Assembly (NCBI RefSeq): GCF_009914755.1
Contig: NC_060925.1
Direction: 5' to 3' (one strand)
Source of the DNA: the human T2T-CHM13v2.0 reference genome, Homo sapiens
Length of the DNA stretch: 64,000 bases
In this document: piece after piece, positions 53,016-64,000 of the stretch
How positions within the stretch are numbered: the first letter of the stretch is position 1
How the letters are laid out: each line of letters begins with the position of its first letter
Position numbers and translations under genes: made by a program
The notes under the pieces: generated by a model
Told to the model about the DNA's origin: nothing
Database searches by the model: none
What the model saw: the letters and a program-made list of their open reading frames with translations, nothing else

Positions 53016-55539
53016 GTGTTTGTTTTTTCTTTTTGCCATAACAGTTTGAATTTTCAAATTGTTTACTTGTGCTCAGCTTTTCAAAAGCCCAGAAAATAAT
53101 AACGATGATAATAATAAATGCATGCAACTTAGTAAAAACCCACAGCAGAATAATTAATTTGCTCAATTTTTGTTGTTTCTGTTTAAATGAGATTAAAAAT
53201 ATTTATGAAAATAATACATTGACTGTAAAAAGAAATAATTCTGATGGCAAGTTAGCAAATAAAGAATGATATATTCATTTGAAGGAACTTATCTTTAAAA
53301 ATTAGAGATATAGGACTCAAGTTGAAAGATGAAATCTGAAATTCAGTACATATATTTGAAATATAATAATTATTTTCCTTGTTTTGAGTGTCATAGTTAA
53401 AATAATGTTCACATTATGACCAATCTGGATCCTCATCTCCCTCTCATAGCAGGAAATTCAGTCTTTCCTCAATATCTCAAGCTGTTCATAAGGACCCCAA
53501 CCTTACTTGCCCTAGCTTGTTCAATTTGTCCTATTCTTTAATGGCCTGCTAGCATGGTCAGAAACTGCGAACTCAGGTGGACTTCATTAAGTCAAGTTTA
53601 TGCAATGGTTGGCGTTCTCACAGCCTTTCTTTGTGGGTCAACGTTCTCCGGTTCAGAAATCACTCCCTTGGCTAAAGTTCAGAGCCGTTCAGATATCTGG
53701 TGCAAGGCCATAAGCAACAGAAATTGCCACAAAGCTGAACTTCTGTGTTAGACAGAAATAAATGAAAGCCCAGAAGTCAAGTTGGCCATAAGACCAACTT
53801 TTTTAATGCAGATGCTCATTATTTGGAGAAGGATTCCTCCCTGTATTAGGTTCATTTACGAGGTCCCACAACAAAAAGAAATGCCTCGAGCCTTAACTAT
53901 GATAGCTTTTAAAGAACAGATTTTTAAATTTGCTTGCTTTGCAGTTTTTCAAGCTCACCTACAATCACAGGTCTGAGTATTTTTCAGCATAAATCATTTA
54001 TTGTGCTCAAATGCAACCCTCCCTAAGACAATGTCAGGTGCAAGTGACCGGTCCAGAATGTTTCTTTCATACCAGACAGTGTCTTATGGACATGGGGCCT
54101 GATGATCTTGCCTGCTGGCAAACCTCAATGGGCCCCATCCTGGTATTCAAGGTATTTTAATAATTCTCAGTCTCAGGAAGAAAGGCTATGGTTCCACTTT
54201 GCATAAAATGGGAAGTCTTTTTGGCTCTTTGGCAAAATTTTGGCTGCAAATACTCTTGACAGAGGGGTACTGCCTAAAACCATACACTACCAGCATGTGA
54301 ACTCTAGTCTCCTGATGTTCCCAAGCATCCTGACATACCCTTTTCAAAAAAGGATAAACATATTTTCTTTACATCTGTCTTTATAACTGAAGGAATGGGA
54401 AAATCTGTTTCAATAGTGAAAAGATGTATATTTGAACAAATTGCATTATTACTAGCTTTTACATATCAGTACCAAATCTCAAAAAAAAATAATTTAACAT
54501 TTCATGCTCACTGAAAATAGATGCAGACAAGAATATGGCTATAGATAATTCCTTAGAATGCTAAAAATACATTTGAATGATCCATAAGCTGAAGGAATCC
54601 AATATATAGCAAAGATGAATATATGACTGTTATAAAGTAGATTTTTTGTGTCCTTAAATGATGATTGACTGATTCATACATTTAAAAAAGGTTTTTAAGC
54701 ATGTACCCTATAATATAAAATTTTTAAATTAAACTTCTCTATGTGTATATTTTAAGCTATTTATAATTATTTAAGTTTTTCTAAATATTTTAAATTCTTA
54801 TTATTTTCTTTATGCAATTTAGGAAAGCCAGGCTCATTGACTTTGTGTAATAAAGCAGAATATTTTATCCAATGATTATATGCAAAAAAAATATATCTGG
54901 CATCAGGCTAGTAACACCTTTAACCAAAGACTTCAGACCTTAGAAAACTGGGCTGTTATTCATGATATTACTCATAAAGTAAGTATTTATTGAGTATCAA
55001 TTATTGATGAGCTCTGATTGAATTGCTGCTATACAACATTGAGTAGACACATGCAGGTATTTAAACTGAAGTTCAGATACTCAGGAACTGCTCTAGACCT
55101 CATTGAATTGTATAGCTCAGTGTTCTGTAGGACTTGCAGTATGTCTTATGCAATTTTAAAACTAATCATAAATATTCAACAACTTTGTATGGATTTTTGT
55201 TTGTTCATTTTTCTCCAAAAATGCTATTATAGTTATATCTGGCAGGAGCATAATTAAGTAGGCAAATATTAGAGATAATTTAAAAGAAATTTTGAACAAT
55301 ATTTAGGGAACCAAAACATCATTTTAATAAGTTTAAACTTTACCATCTATCAAATAAGGAAACTCATTTCTTTACATGAGTTAAGCAAATGGCCTTATAT
55401 TCACAATGGCTAAGAGGAAGTTCCAACTAGAGTTAGAAAAAATTGTTAGAAGTTTATAACATACAAGAGGAATGCTGATTAGGGCCTGATCTGGGTGATA
55501 ATGGAAGAGATAAACAAAAAGTAATGGATATGAAAGATC

Positions 55540-56007
55540 TTCTCGCTTAGATCCACATTCCTTTTAGCTCCCCTGCTCAGCTCTGGAAGGCAGAGGACTG
55601 ACCCTTACAGGCACCAATTCCTGAACTCCTATGTCACTGGACTCCCAACTGTGCTAAATCAACAGAGGCTAAATGTCTTTCCTCTTGCACTGGCGTCTCC
55701 AACAGGAGCCGCTTGTCTTTTATGGCTCCAGCCTCCACTGAACAAGCCTGTTGTGATGCCAGCTTCTGCCTGGGAACTCAGTCCTGAGCTACCATAACTC
55801 TGCCTTCTCCCTTTGTTCTCTGGTCTAGGAATGAAAGTAACTTCCTGTTGCTCTTAATCTCTAGGTTCCCTCACTCTCTGGTTGGCTTCTCTGCATTTTC
55901 CATTAGCTATATGATGAATTTCCTGCTTTGAATGCCCTCTATTTTTAAGACTATGAATGACGAATGATGTTTTTGTTTGTTTCCTGAATGAATTCTGACT
56001 GATAACA
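55540..56007 (+). mobile_element. ERVL LTR33-like solo LTR
   Basis: CTTAGATCCAC...GGACTGACC...TCTAGGAATGAAAGTAACTTCCTG...CTGACTGATA. Confidence 0.7.
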
Positions 56008-56154
56008 TATACAATATACTTAGTGTTTCTGGATTAATAAGTTGCTGGTTTAAGGAGGTATACATTTAAATCAAGAATTCAAATATTTAAATATTGCAGC
56101 TGTTTTTAACAGAATGTATCTGTGTTCTTGATTTAAATGTATACTTCCATAAAC

Positions 56155-56435
56155 CAGCAAACTATCGCAAGGACAAAAAACCAAACACCGCATGTTCTCA
56201 CTCATAGGTAGGAATTGAACAATGAGAACACATGGACACAGGAAGGGGATCATCACACACCAGGGCCTGTTGTGGGGTGGAGGGAGGGGGGAGGGATAGC
56301 ATTAGGAGATATACCTAATGTTAAATGGTGAGTTAATGGGTGCAGCACACCAACATGACACATGTATACATATGTAACAAACCTGCATGCTGTGCACATG
56401 TACCCTAAAACTTAAAGTATAATAATAAAAAAAAA
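56155..56435 (+). mobile_element. Young 5'-truncated L1PA (L1PA3/4-like) 3' end
   Basis: CAGCAAACTATCGCAAGGACAAAAAACC...TACCCTAAAACTTAAAGTATAATAATAAAA; imperfect TSD AAACCAGC/AAAACAGC. Confidence 0.95.
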
Positions 56436-56620
56436 CAGCTGCAAGTGTATTATTCCAGGGTTTGTACATCGGATTCTCTTGCCCCCGGCTCTTCTGGCCA
56501 AGAAACAAAAACCCATTCCTGGTAGCTTGATCCACAAAATTTGTGGGAGGCAGGATGGTTAATTTAAAAGAAAAATAGGAAGTTCAGAAATAAAGCTAAC
56601 AACTTGAAACTGTAACATCA

Positions 56621-57068
56621 TGTATTCATTTCTTAGGGCTGCTGTAACACAGTGCCACAAACTGAGTGGCTTGGAACAACAGAAAAGTATTCTCATAGTT
56701 CTAGATGCAAGAAGTCTGAAGTCAAGGTGTTGGCAGGGCCACACTTCCTCTGGATTCTTCGAAGGAGAATCTATTCCACTGCTGTCTCCCAGCTTCTGAT
56801 GGTGGCTGGCAGTTGTTGGTGTTCCTTCACTTGTAGAGGCATCACTCCAATCTCTGCCTCTTTCTTTCAGTGGTAGTCGCTCTGGGTATCTCAGTGTGCA
56901 AATTTCCTTCTTCTTATAGAGGTATCAGTTATTGGACTAGAACCCACCCAAAACCAGTATGACCTCATCTTAACCTGATTACCTCTGCAAAAACCTTATT
57001 TCCAAATAAGGTCACATTCTGGGATCCAGTGGAATGAATGTGGGGGAGGACACAATTCACCCAATACA
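56621..57068 (-). mobile_element. MLT1C-like solo LTR
   Basis: TGTATTCATTTCTTAGGGCTGCTGTAAC...CCTTATTTCCAAATAAGGTCACATTC...GGACACAATTCACCCAATACA. Confidence 0.88.
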
Positions 57069-57183
57069 CACTAGAAACTAAGGTGTGTATTAAACTAAAC
57101 GACATTTGCATTGCAATGAATCCCAGTAATTGAAGGTAATCTGAGACAGTCTTTTCCATGAAGCCTAATATGACAAATACAAT

Positions 57184-57582
57184 TGATGTGGTTTGGCTCT
57201 GTGTCCCCACCCAAATCTCATGTTGAATTGTAATCCCCACGTGCTGATGGTGGGGCCCGGTGGGAGGTGATTGGATCATGGGGGTGGTTTCTAATGGTTT
57301 AGCACCATCCCCCTAATGCTGTCTCATGAAAAAGCTCTCAGGAGATCTGGTTGTTTCAAAGTGTGTGGCACTTTCCCCCACATGCTCTCTGTCCCTCCTG
57401 TCACCATGTGAAGAATGTCCTTGTTTCCCCTTCACTTTCCACCATGATGGTAAATTTCCTGAGACCTCCAAGCTGTGCTTTCTGTTAAGCCTATGGAGCT
57501 GTGAGTTAACTAAATCTCCTTTCTTCATAAATTACCCAGCCTCAGGTAGTTCTTTATAGCAGTGTGCAAATGGACTAATACA
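57184..57582 (+). mobile_element. MSTA-like solo LTR
   Basis: TGATGTGGTTTGGCTCTGTGTCCCCACCCAAATCTC...GGACTAATACA; perfect TSD ACAAT on both sides. Confidence 0.93.
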
Positions 57583-58484
57583 ACAATTGTAAATAGTACA
57601 CTTAGTCAATCAGCTGAAAGTTATTTGTTGAACATTTCAATAGTGTAATCAGGTACTAGGTATTAAAATGCATTTTGGATATTGAACGTGGTCCCTATAT
57701 TTAAAAATAAAAGGTATCAATGAAGCGTTCAGAGAACAAAAAGTGTTTATCTTAGATATAATATTTACCTTATACTTATCTACTGTGAAGCTTGGGGTTA
57801 TAAATATTAAATGAAATTTTTAAATTTCCACTTAATCTAGTTTCAAATTCCTTATATCAAATAGTCTATAAGTACCTCTGAAACGAACAACAGAGCAAAA
57901 TTCTCTTAATGTTTGTTTTTCTGAAGAGTATCTGTTCTCACTTTAAAGTAATACTGATTTCTTCCCAAAGTTGCCTTTGGTTTTCAAAAATGGCTTAGGT
58001 AACTGTACTAAATATTGTAAGTGTGCTTAGCCTCTTAATCTCTGAACAGTATTTCATTCTTGATGTTATTATTTTAAAAAAAATGAAGAAAATATTTTAA
58101 AATACATTAAAATGTTTCAAGTAATCTAGAATTAAATCTTCATGTTAATATCTTAAAGTAACTTAAAGCTGTTAAAATTGTGTAGTTTCTAAGTTTTTTG
58201 CTCAAATTTTCCTTTTAACATAAGTATGCTCATTTATAATTACAAACATTTTTGACATTATCTATCCATCCTTACATGATAAGAGTTGTAAAAAGTACAA
58301 TAGTAAAACTATACTGGTCTGTCCTCAACCTCTGTTATTTTATTTATCACTTTAAAAATATGTATTCCAATAATTAGTTTGAAAAAGCAGTGATTACTCT
58401 GAACATCTGTATTTGGATCTATACATCCAGAGATAAACACTTTTTGTTTTTCTGAGCACTTTTTTTCTGGGCAACCTCAAGTTT

Positions 58485-58732
58485 ACTTTAAGAGAGGGAA
58501 ATTTGGACACAGAAACAAAGACACACAGGAGTGAAATCTATGTGAAGACAGAGGCAGAGATTGGAGTGATTTATCTACAAGACAAGAAATGCCAGAACAT
58601 AGAAAAGGCAAGGAAGGATTGTTCCCTAAAGCCTTTGGAGGAAGCATGACCCTGCCAACACCTTGATTTTGGACTTCTAGCTTCCAAAACTGTTGAAAAA
58701 AATAAATTTCTATTGTTTTAAAGTCATCCACT
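58485..58732 (+). mobile_element. MLT1C-like partial LTR
   Basis: GTGAAGACAGAGGCAGAGATTGGAGTGAT...CCCTGCCAACACCTTGATTTTGGACTTCTAG. Confidence 0.88.
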
Positions 58733-58744
58733 GTACTGCAGTCT

Positions 58745-59316
58745 TAGCACACTAATGCACACTCCCAGGTATTTACACAGGAGGAAAAAAGCCATATGTG
58801 CACACAAAGCCTGGAGCACAAATGTGCTTAGCAGCTTTATTTGTAATAGCCAAAAACTGGAAACAAGAGCAATGTCTACTAATATGCAAATAGATAACAA
58901 TTTTTGTTATAACCACACAATAGAATACTACTCAGAAATAAAAGAATAAATAAACTATTGAGACATCCAATATCAATGATCTTAAAATAATTATGCTGAG
59001 TGTAAAAAGCTAGAAATTAAAGAGTACATACTATATGGTCCCATTTACATAAAATTCTGTACAATCCAAAATCATCTATCATGATAGAAAGCAGATCAAT
59101 TATAGCCTAGGGTTGCACAGGGAGTGTGGGGAGGGATAGGAGGAAATAATACAAAGGGACATGAATAAATTTTTGTGAGTGATGAAAAAAGTTCATTATC
59201 TTGATTTGTGGTGATGGTTTCATGGCTGTATACATATGTCAGAACTCATTAAATTATACACTTTAAAATGTGCTGTTTATTGTATATCAATTATATTTCA
59301 ATAAAGCTGAAAAAAT
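58745..59316 (+). mobile_element. L1ME/MC-type 3' end
   Basis: GCAGCTTTATTTGTAATAGCCAAAAACTGGAAACAA...TATATTTCAATAAAGCTG. Confidence 0.88.
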
Positions 59317-62300
59317 TGAATTCACTGGGATGAATGCCATGAGAAAGAAAAACCCTGAGATATTTTGGGGATGTGCTGGGAAGGCACCTAATCCAGGCTA
59401 ATGCTTGGAGGCATAAAAACGATACTTAAAGAAGACACTGCAATTTAACATTAAAGGAAGAACAAAAGTTTTCTGGAAAAGTGGAACTTGTTAGTTGAGA
59501 GGGCATCATACTATGAGGAAGCAAAATGTACATAGACACAGAGGCAGATAACTTTGGAAGCCTTCCACAATATAAAATACTTCATGAAGGCTGAAGACGC
59601 CTGACAGGAGAGAGGTGGGGGGAGATGAAATTAAAGGGGGAAGCAAGAAGGATCTACATCTGAGACCTACATTCCATTTTAATAAGCTTAAATTTTCTCT
59701 TGAAAACTATGGGGAGCTTCTGAGTGCATTTAAACATGACATACCCTCTCTATACTACTTCTTTAAAACAGTTCTGAATAGAGAACTTCAAAGAACTGGC
59801 TTACTAGTCAGACATAATACAGGCATTTCTGAGAAATAAATTTCAAAAAATTCTGTCACCAATTATAATTCAATTTCATTTATTCTTACCACAGTTCTTT
59901 GAAATAATTGCCTTTGTTTATAGAACATTCCACTGTAGACTTGGAGTCATTCTTTCAGTAATATAAACATTAGCTGCTATCACATTACAAAGAACGATTT
60001 TTTTGTAATTTAGAAGAATTCTCTGTAGTCCGGTTTTTAAAGTAAAGACACTATTCCTTTTTATTTTAAATCTTAAATGCCTCTTGCAATATTACAAACC
60101 GCCTACCTTTTAGTCTCAACCAGAAGAAAACACTAGAATAGTATAGAAGAATAATGGTTTTTATAACCCATTATATTCACAATCATGCTAATCTCTCCCT
60201 CTACCTGTCCCACCCTATTATATTTAATGCTAATAACAGTTGTATGTCCTTCCTTATCCACAAAAATATGCAAACAAATATACTTGTACTTAGAGGATTC
60301 TGATACTGTTCCAAGATATAAAAAATATGTTACACATATATATGCAACTTGTATTTCTCACTTAGCAATACATCATGGACATTGCTCTGGGATATGTTTC
60401 TGCTTTTAAAATAAAAAAATACATAAAATATCCATATCCTGTTTTCTGTAAGAATTATATGCAGTCCTGGCTTTTAAATAGTTAAATCTGAAGATTCTCC
60501 CCAGATGTGGCACTTTTTTATTACATGCAACGCCAGCTAACTTCATATGGGAAAGTCCAAATTAAATCTCTATTTCGGATATTCTGAAAACAATGTCCCT
60601 TCCATCTTGCAAATATTCTATTGAAAATAATAAGTTTCCATAAACCAGATGAGCTAATTCTTGGTGGTGCTTCCTCAAACTCTTAAGCTCTTCCAAACCA
60701 CCCTTTCCTAATTTCAAGAAAGAAAATTCCTTTAGTTTATATTCTTATAAATGGCAGGGCCTGAATTTTCTTTGTATTAGCTTTAGCTCCCTGTAAAGTG
60801 ACAGAAAGATAGAGAATTTTATGAAGAAATCTTACTGGGGAACTGTATTAGAATATATACATATAAATAGGTCTTGAGGGAGAGACTAGGAGATGTTCCA
60901 TAGTGTCTACTACTTGACCAATTATAGAATAATAAATCACAAATTAAGGTTTATTTTGCTCTTGAGCCAATCATGTTAGACTGCTGAAAAGAAGCTTCTG
61001 TTTAGTCTTTGGACAAAAATATAAATGAGTGGGCACATGCATGTGTGTAAACATGTGTTATAATGCATCTACTGAAATGTCCTTCTTAAAACAGATAGGT
61101 AGGTCATCCAAGCCAGTCCAGATTTAGAGATCATTTAGTATCATTAGAAATGAAACTGCCAAAGTATGAGTAATGGTAATGGAACATCACTGCTGAATTG
61201 GAATAAATAAAATTCACACAATTATAAATCCTTTATTTTATGAGGCATTTTTACTTTGAGATTCTTCATGAATCTGAAAAACAAGAGGAATAGTTTCCAG
61301 TTGAGAAAAGATTTGACCACATTTCTTTCCTTACTAGAGCTAAGAATCTGTGTTAGCCGTGCTCTTACGGTTTGAAGGAACAATGAAGCACTTCAGGTAA
61401 CTCAAATAATGGAAGTTATAGTACAGGGATATATGTAGAAATATGACAAACAAATATTTCAGCCATGGGTAGAGGCTTCACAGAACCCAAGAAAAGCTCA
61501 ACAACTAGGCCTGTTGAGAAAAGTAATTACAGTATAGTAATGATATACGATATATGGTAAATATAGTGTAATTAGTCCTACCACGAAAAGAAAAAAAGAA
61601 AGAAAGAAAGAAAAGAAAAATCATTCAGGTTGAAGGTCAAGATTCATTACAGTTTTTGCACAACCTCTTGAAATTCCTTCAAGCACAGGAGTTGGCTTTA
61701 TATCTAACATAGTATCACATGTTGGTGACTCAGCTTCTCTCTCCTTCTTTCTGATTTTTTTAAAATCTGTGCTTTGACTCTTCTTATGACCAATTTGATG
61801 ACTTTCCCCTATCTCACTCTAAGCTCCATTTTGCATTCTAAAGATTGGTTGGGTGATCACCATTATTTTTCTTTGAACACACAGTCTTGGAATCATGCAG
61901 CCTCATGTATTAGTGAACAGATTAGATTCTACTGTACGGGTGGCCATATCTGCTCCAAATTGCTAGGGTCAGAATTATAATAGCATAATTCAGACATGGT
62001 CACATATGTCAACAGAACTACCTAAAGATATTTTATCATCAGGGGCATATGGTGAGAGCAATTTTAGTTAAGGGGGACAAGAAGTAATAGATGCCTAGTG
62101 TCATGTGTATAGGGAAATGCGTAATTACATTTTTATATTTGAAAATGAGATTCTCATGTATAAGCTACTACTTAAAGGCATGGATGTGTTAACACACACA
62201 CGGGAACACATGCCCACATGCATGCTGCAATACATCTGAATAGGCTTTACAATTCATTTACCATCTTCAATTGTTTTGATTTCAAGATGAGAAGCCTATA

Positions 62301-62694
62301 GGGAATGAATAACAAGTATTAGAGGAAAATAATCAGAGTATTATTGAATGAAGTTAGTAGCAAATTTTAACTAGAAGAAAGCAGTTATTAGCAGTGACAT
62401 AATAGATACGTTGCCAAGATAAATAATTCTAGTTTGGACTTAAGAAAAAATTAGTTCTAAGCACCCATCTTAATAGAGACAAACAATATGTAGACCAGTT
62501 CTTATTATAGGCAAATTTTTAAAGTTTAGAAAATAATTATCTACACATTTGTTAATTATGCGATCTTTAGGAAGCTTATAAAACAAACTTTTAATGGCAG
62601 ATTTTTATGTTTAATCGATACAATCTCAGCAAATAATAAAATGTTTATATTGATGTGTATCTACAGTTCACGGAGCTCTTTCATTTGTCTTTCA

Positions 62695-62810
62695 TGAAAA
62701 CACTGAGATAAAGTCAGGGCAGAGCATGCACAGAGACTTTGTAGTTTCATCTTTAAGTCCACTATTCTTGAAACTAAGAAAGTGCTCAATAAATGTTTGG
62801 TAAATTGATG
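62695..62810 (+). mobile_element. L2 3' end
   Basis: GGGCAGAG..CTTTGT...AAGTGCTCAATAAATGTTTG. Confidence 0.65.
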
Positions 62811-63494
62811 ATAATAAAGAGGCCTGGAAGGAGAAAGAATTTAGTAAAGTCATATGAGTGGTAAAACCAGAAATGAAGCTTCTGTTTTCAAACATATGCT
62901 TTCTACCTTATTACTTTTCCCTATTCTAAATGCTCATAATAATCCCTAATTATAATTCATAATGGATTTTATAGTAAAATGTTAGAGCAGAGTTTAAGCA
63001 AATTAGATATTATAGTATTAAAAAAGATGTTTTACATGAATCAGTTTATGAATATGATATTTAAATGTACCTAAATGTAGTTCAATTGAAACTCCCTATT
63101 AGTAGTAAATTATCAAGTGGGATTAAAATGACAGATACAGACACTAGCTGCATTTTTTAATATGGCCATAATCGCATTCTATTTTACATGAGCCTCCAAT
63201 TCAGATGGTAGCTCTGCAGTGGAAAAACTGATTTCATTATAGGAAGGCCTCAGGGTAAAAAAGCAGTGTATATTCAAAAACTGATGTCTTTTTAAGTAAA
63301 AGAAACATTAAAAACACCATCATATTAAACAATGTTTCTAAAGGTAAATAATGCATTTGAAGGAACAGTTTATGTTTTTTACTCTCGGATTTGTATTATT
63401 TTAAAAAAAGAGGATTACATATTATTGTTTCATAGTTAAAAACTGTAAAGAACTCATGAAAAGTCCATAGGTGGTTTAAATACAAATCCCTTGT

Positions 63495-63672
63495 CAGTGT
63501 TTCTTAAAGTGTGGCCCAGGTATTTCCACCAGAATCACAGCAATATCTTGCTAATATGAATATTCCTGGGCCCCACCACAACCCTATTCGTTTAGAATGT
63601 CTGGGAATGGGGTGGAGAAATCTGAATTATAGACAAATTATCCAGAGGATCCTTATATATGCCAAATTTAAG
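63495..63672. mobile_element. MER5B-like hAT transposon
   Basis: CAGTGTTTCTTAAAGTGTGG...CAGAATCAC...ATTCCTGGGCCCCACC...GGGGTGGAGAAATCTG. Confidence 0.8.
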
Positions 63673-64000
63673 CCTGGTTGATTTTTCAGACACCTGTTTT
63701 ACCTTCTCCAAATGTGAGATTGAAGATATTTCCTCTGCTAGAGCCAACCTCTTAGGGGACAAAATCAATGAGGCTAGAGAAAATCTTATAACATCACCTG
63801 TACACAAGTACTTATATGCCACCACAAAAATCATTGACCAATGTGTTTTACATATACAACAGTGCATCCCTACTTCTCTCAACTGGAAATTTCTTAGCAG
63901 TTAATAAGCTATTTTTGGAGAAACAAATTTTAGAAGAGTCAACTTCTTTTTATTTTTAAAATATCTAAAACAAATTGAAATATATTGGACATTTTTGAAA

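Noticed and set aside
53554-53976. Two adjacent 64-65 aa ORFs in unique sequence
   Set aside because: No recognisable domain; lengths within chance expectation

Overview
AT-rich, CpG-poor primate (human-like) nuclear DNA with no supportable protein-coding gene, RNA gene or CRISPR array. It looks like a gene desert or the interior of a very long intron. A large share is interspersed repeat: five Alus (J, S and Y classes), old L1M pieces, one young 5'-truncated L1PA, L2/MIR, one CR1/L3 fossil, two full-length MaLR proviruses (MST at 28.6-31.1 kb, THE1 at 40.4-42.5 kb), several solo LTRs, and hAT/Tigger DNA transposons. The ORFs in the track are repeat-derived, microsatellite-derived or chance. 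Repeat subfamily names come from my recollection of consensus sequences, not from a database search. The best leads are: (1) a THE1 provirus with a perfect TSD whose two LTRs switch to different sequence types half-way; (2) a minus-strand splice-signal cluster at 36.4-36.9 kb with a recursive-splice-like AG|GT site, a 92-nt exon and an AATAAA-ended terminal exon; (3) an unexplained nested inverted repeat at 8.3-8.4 kb; (4) a perfect 3x40-bp triplication starting inside a palindrome. I cannot show a novel biological system from sequence alone.
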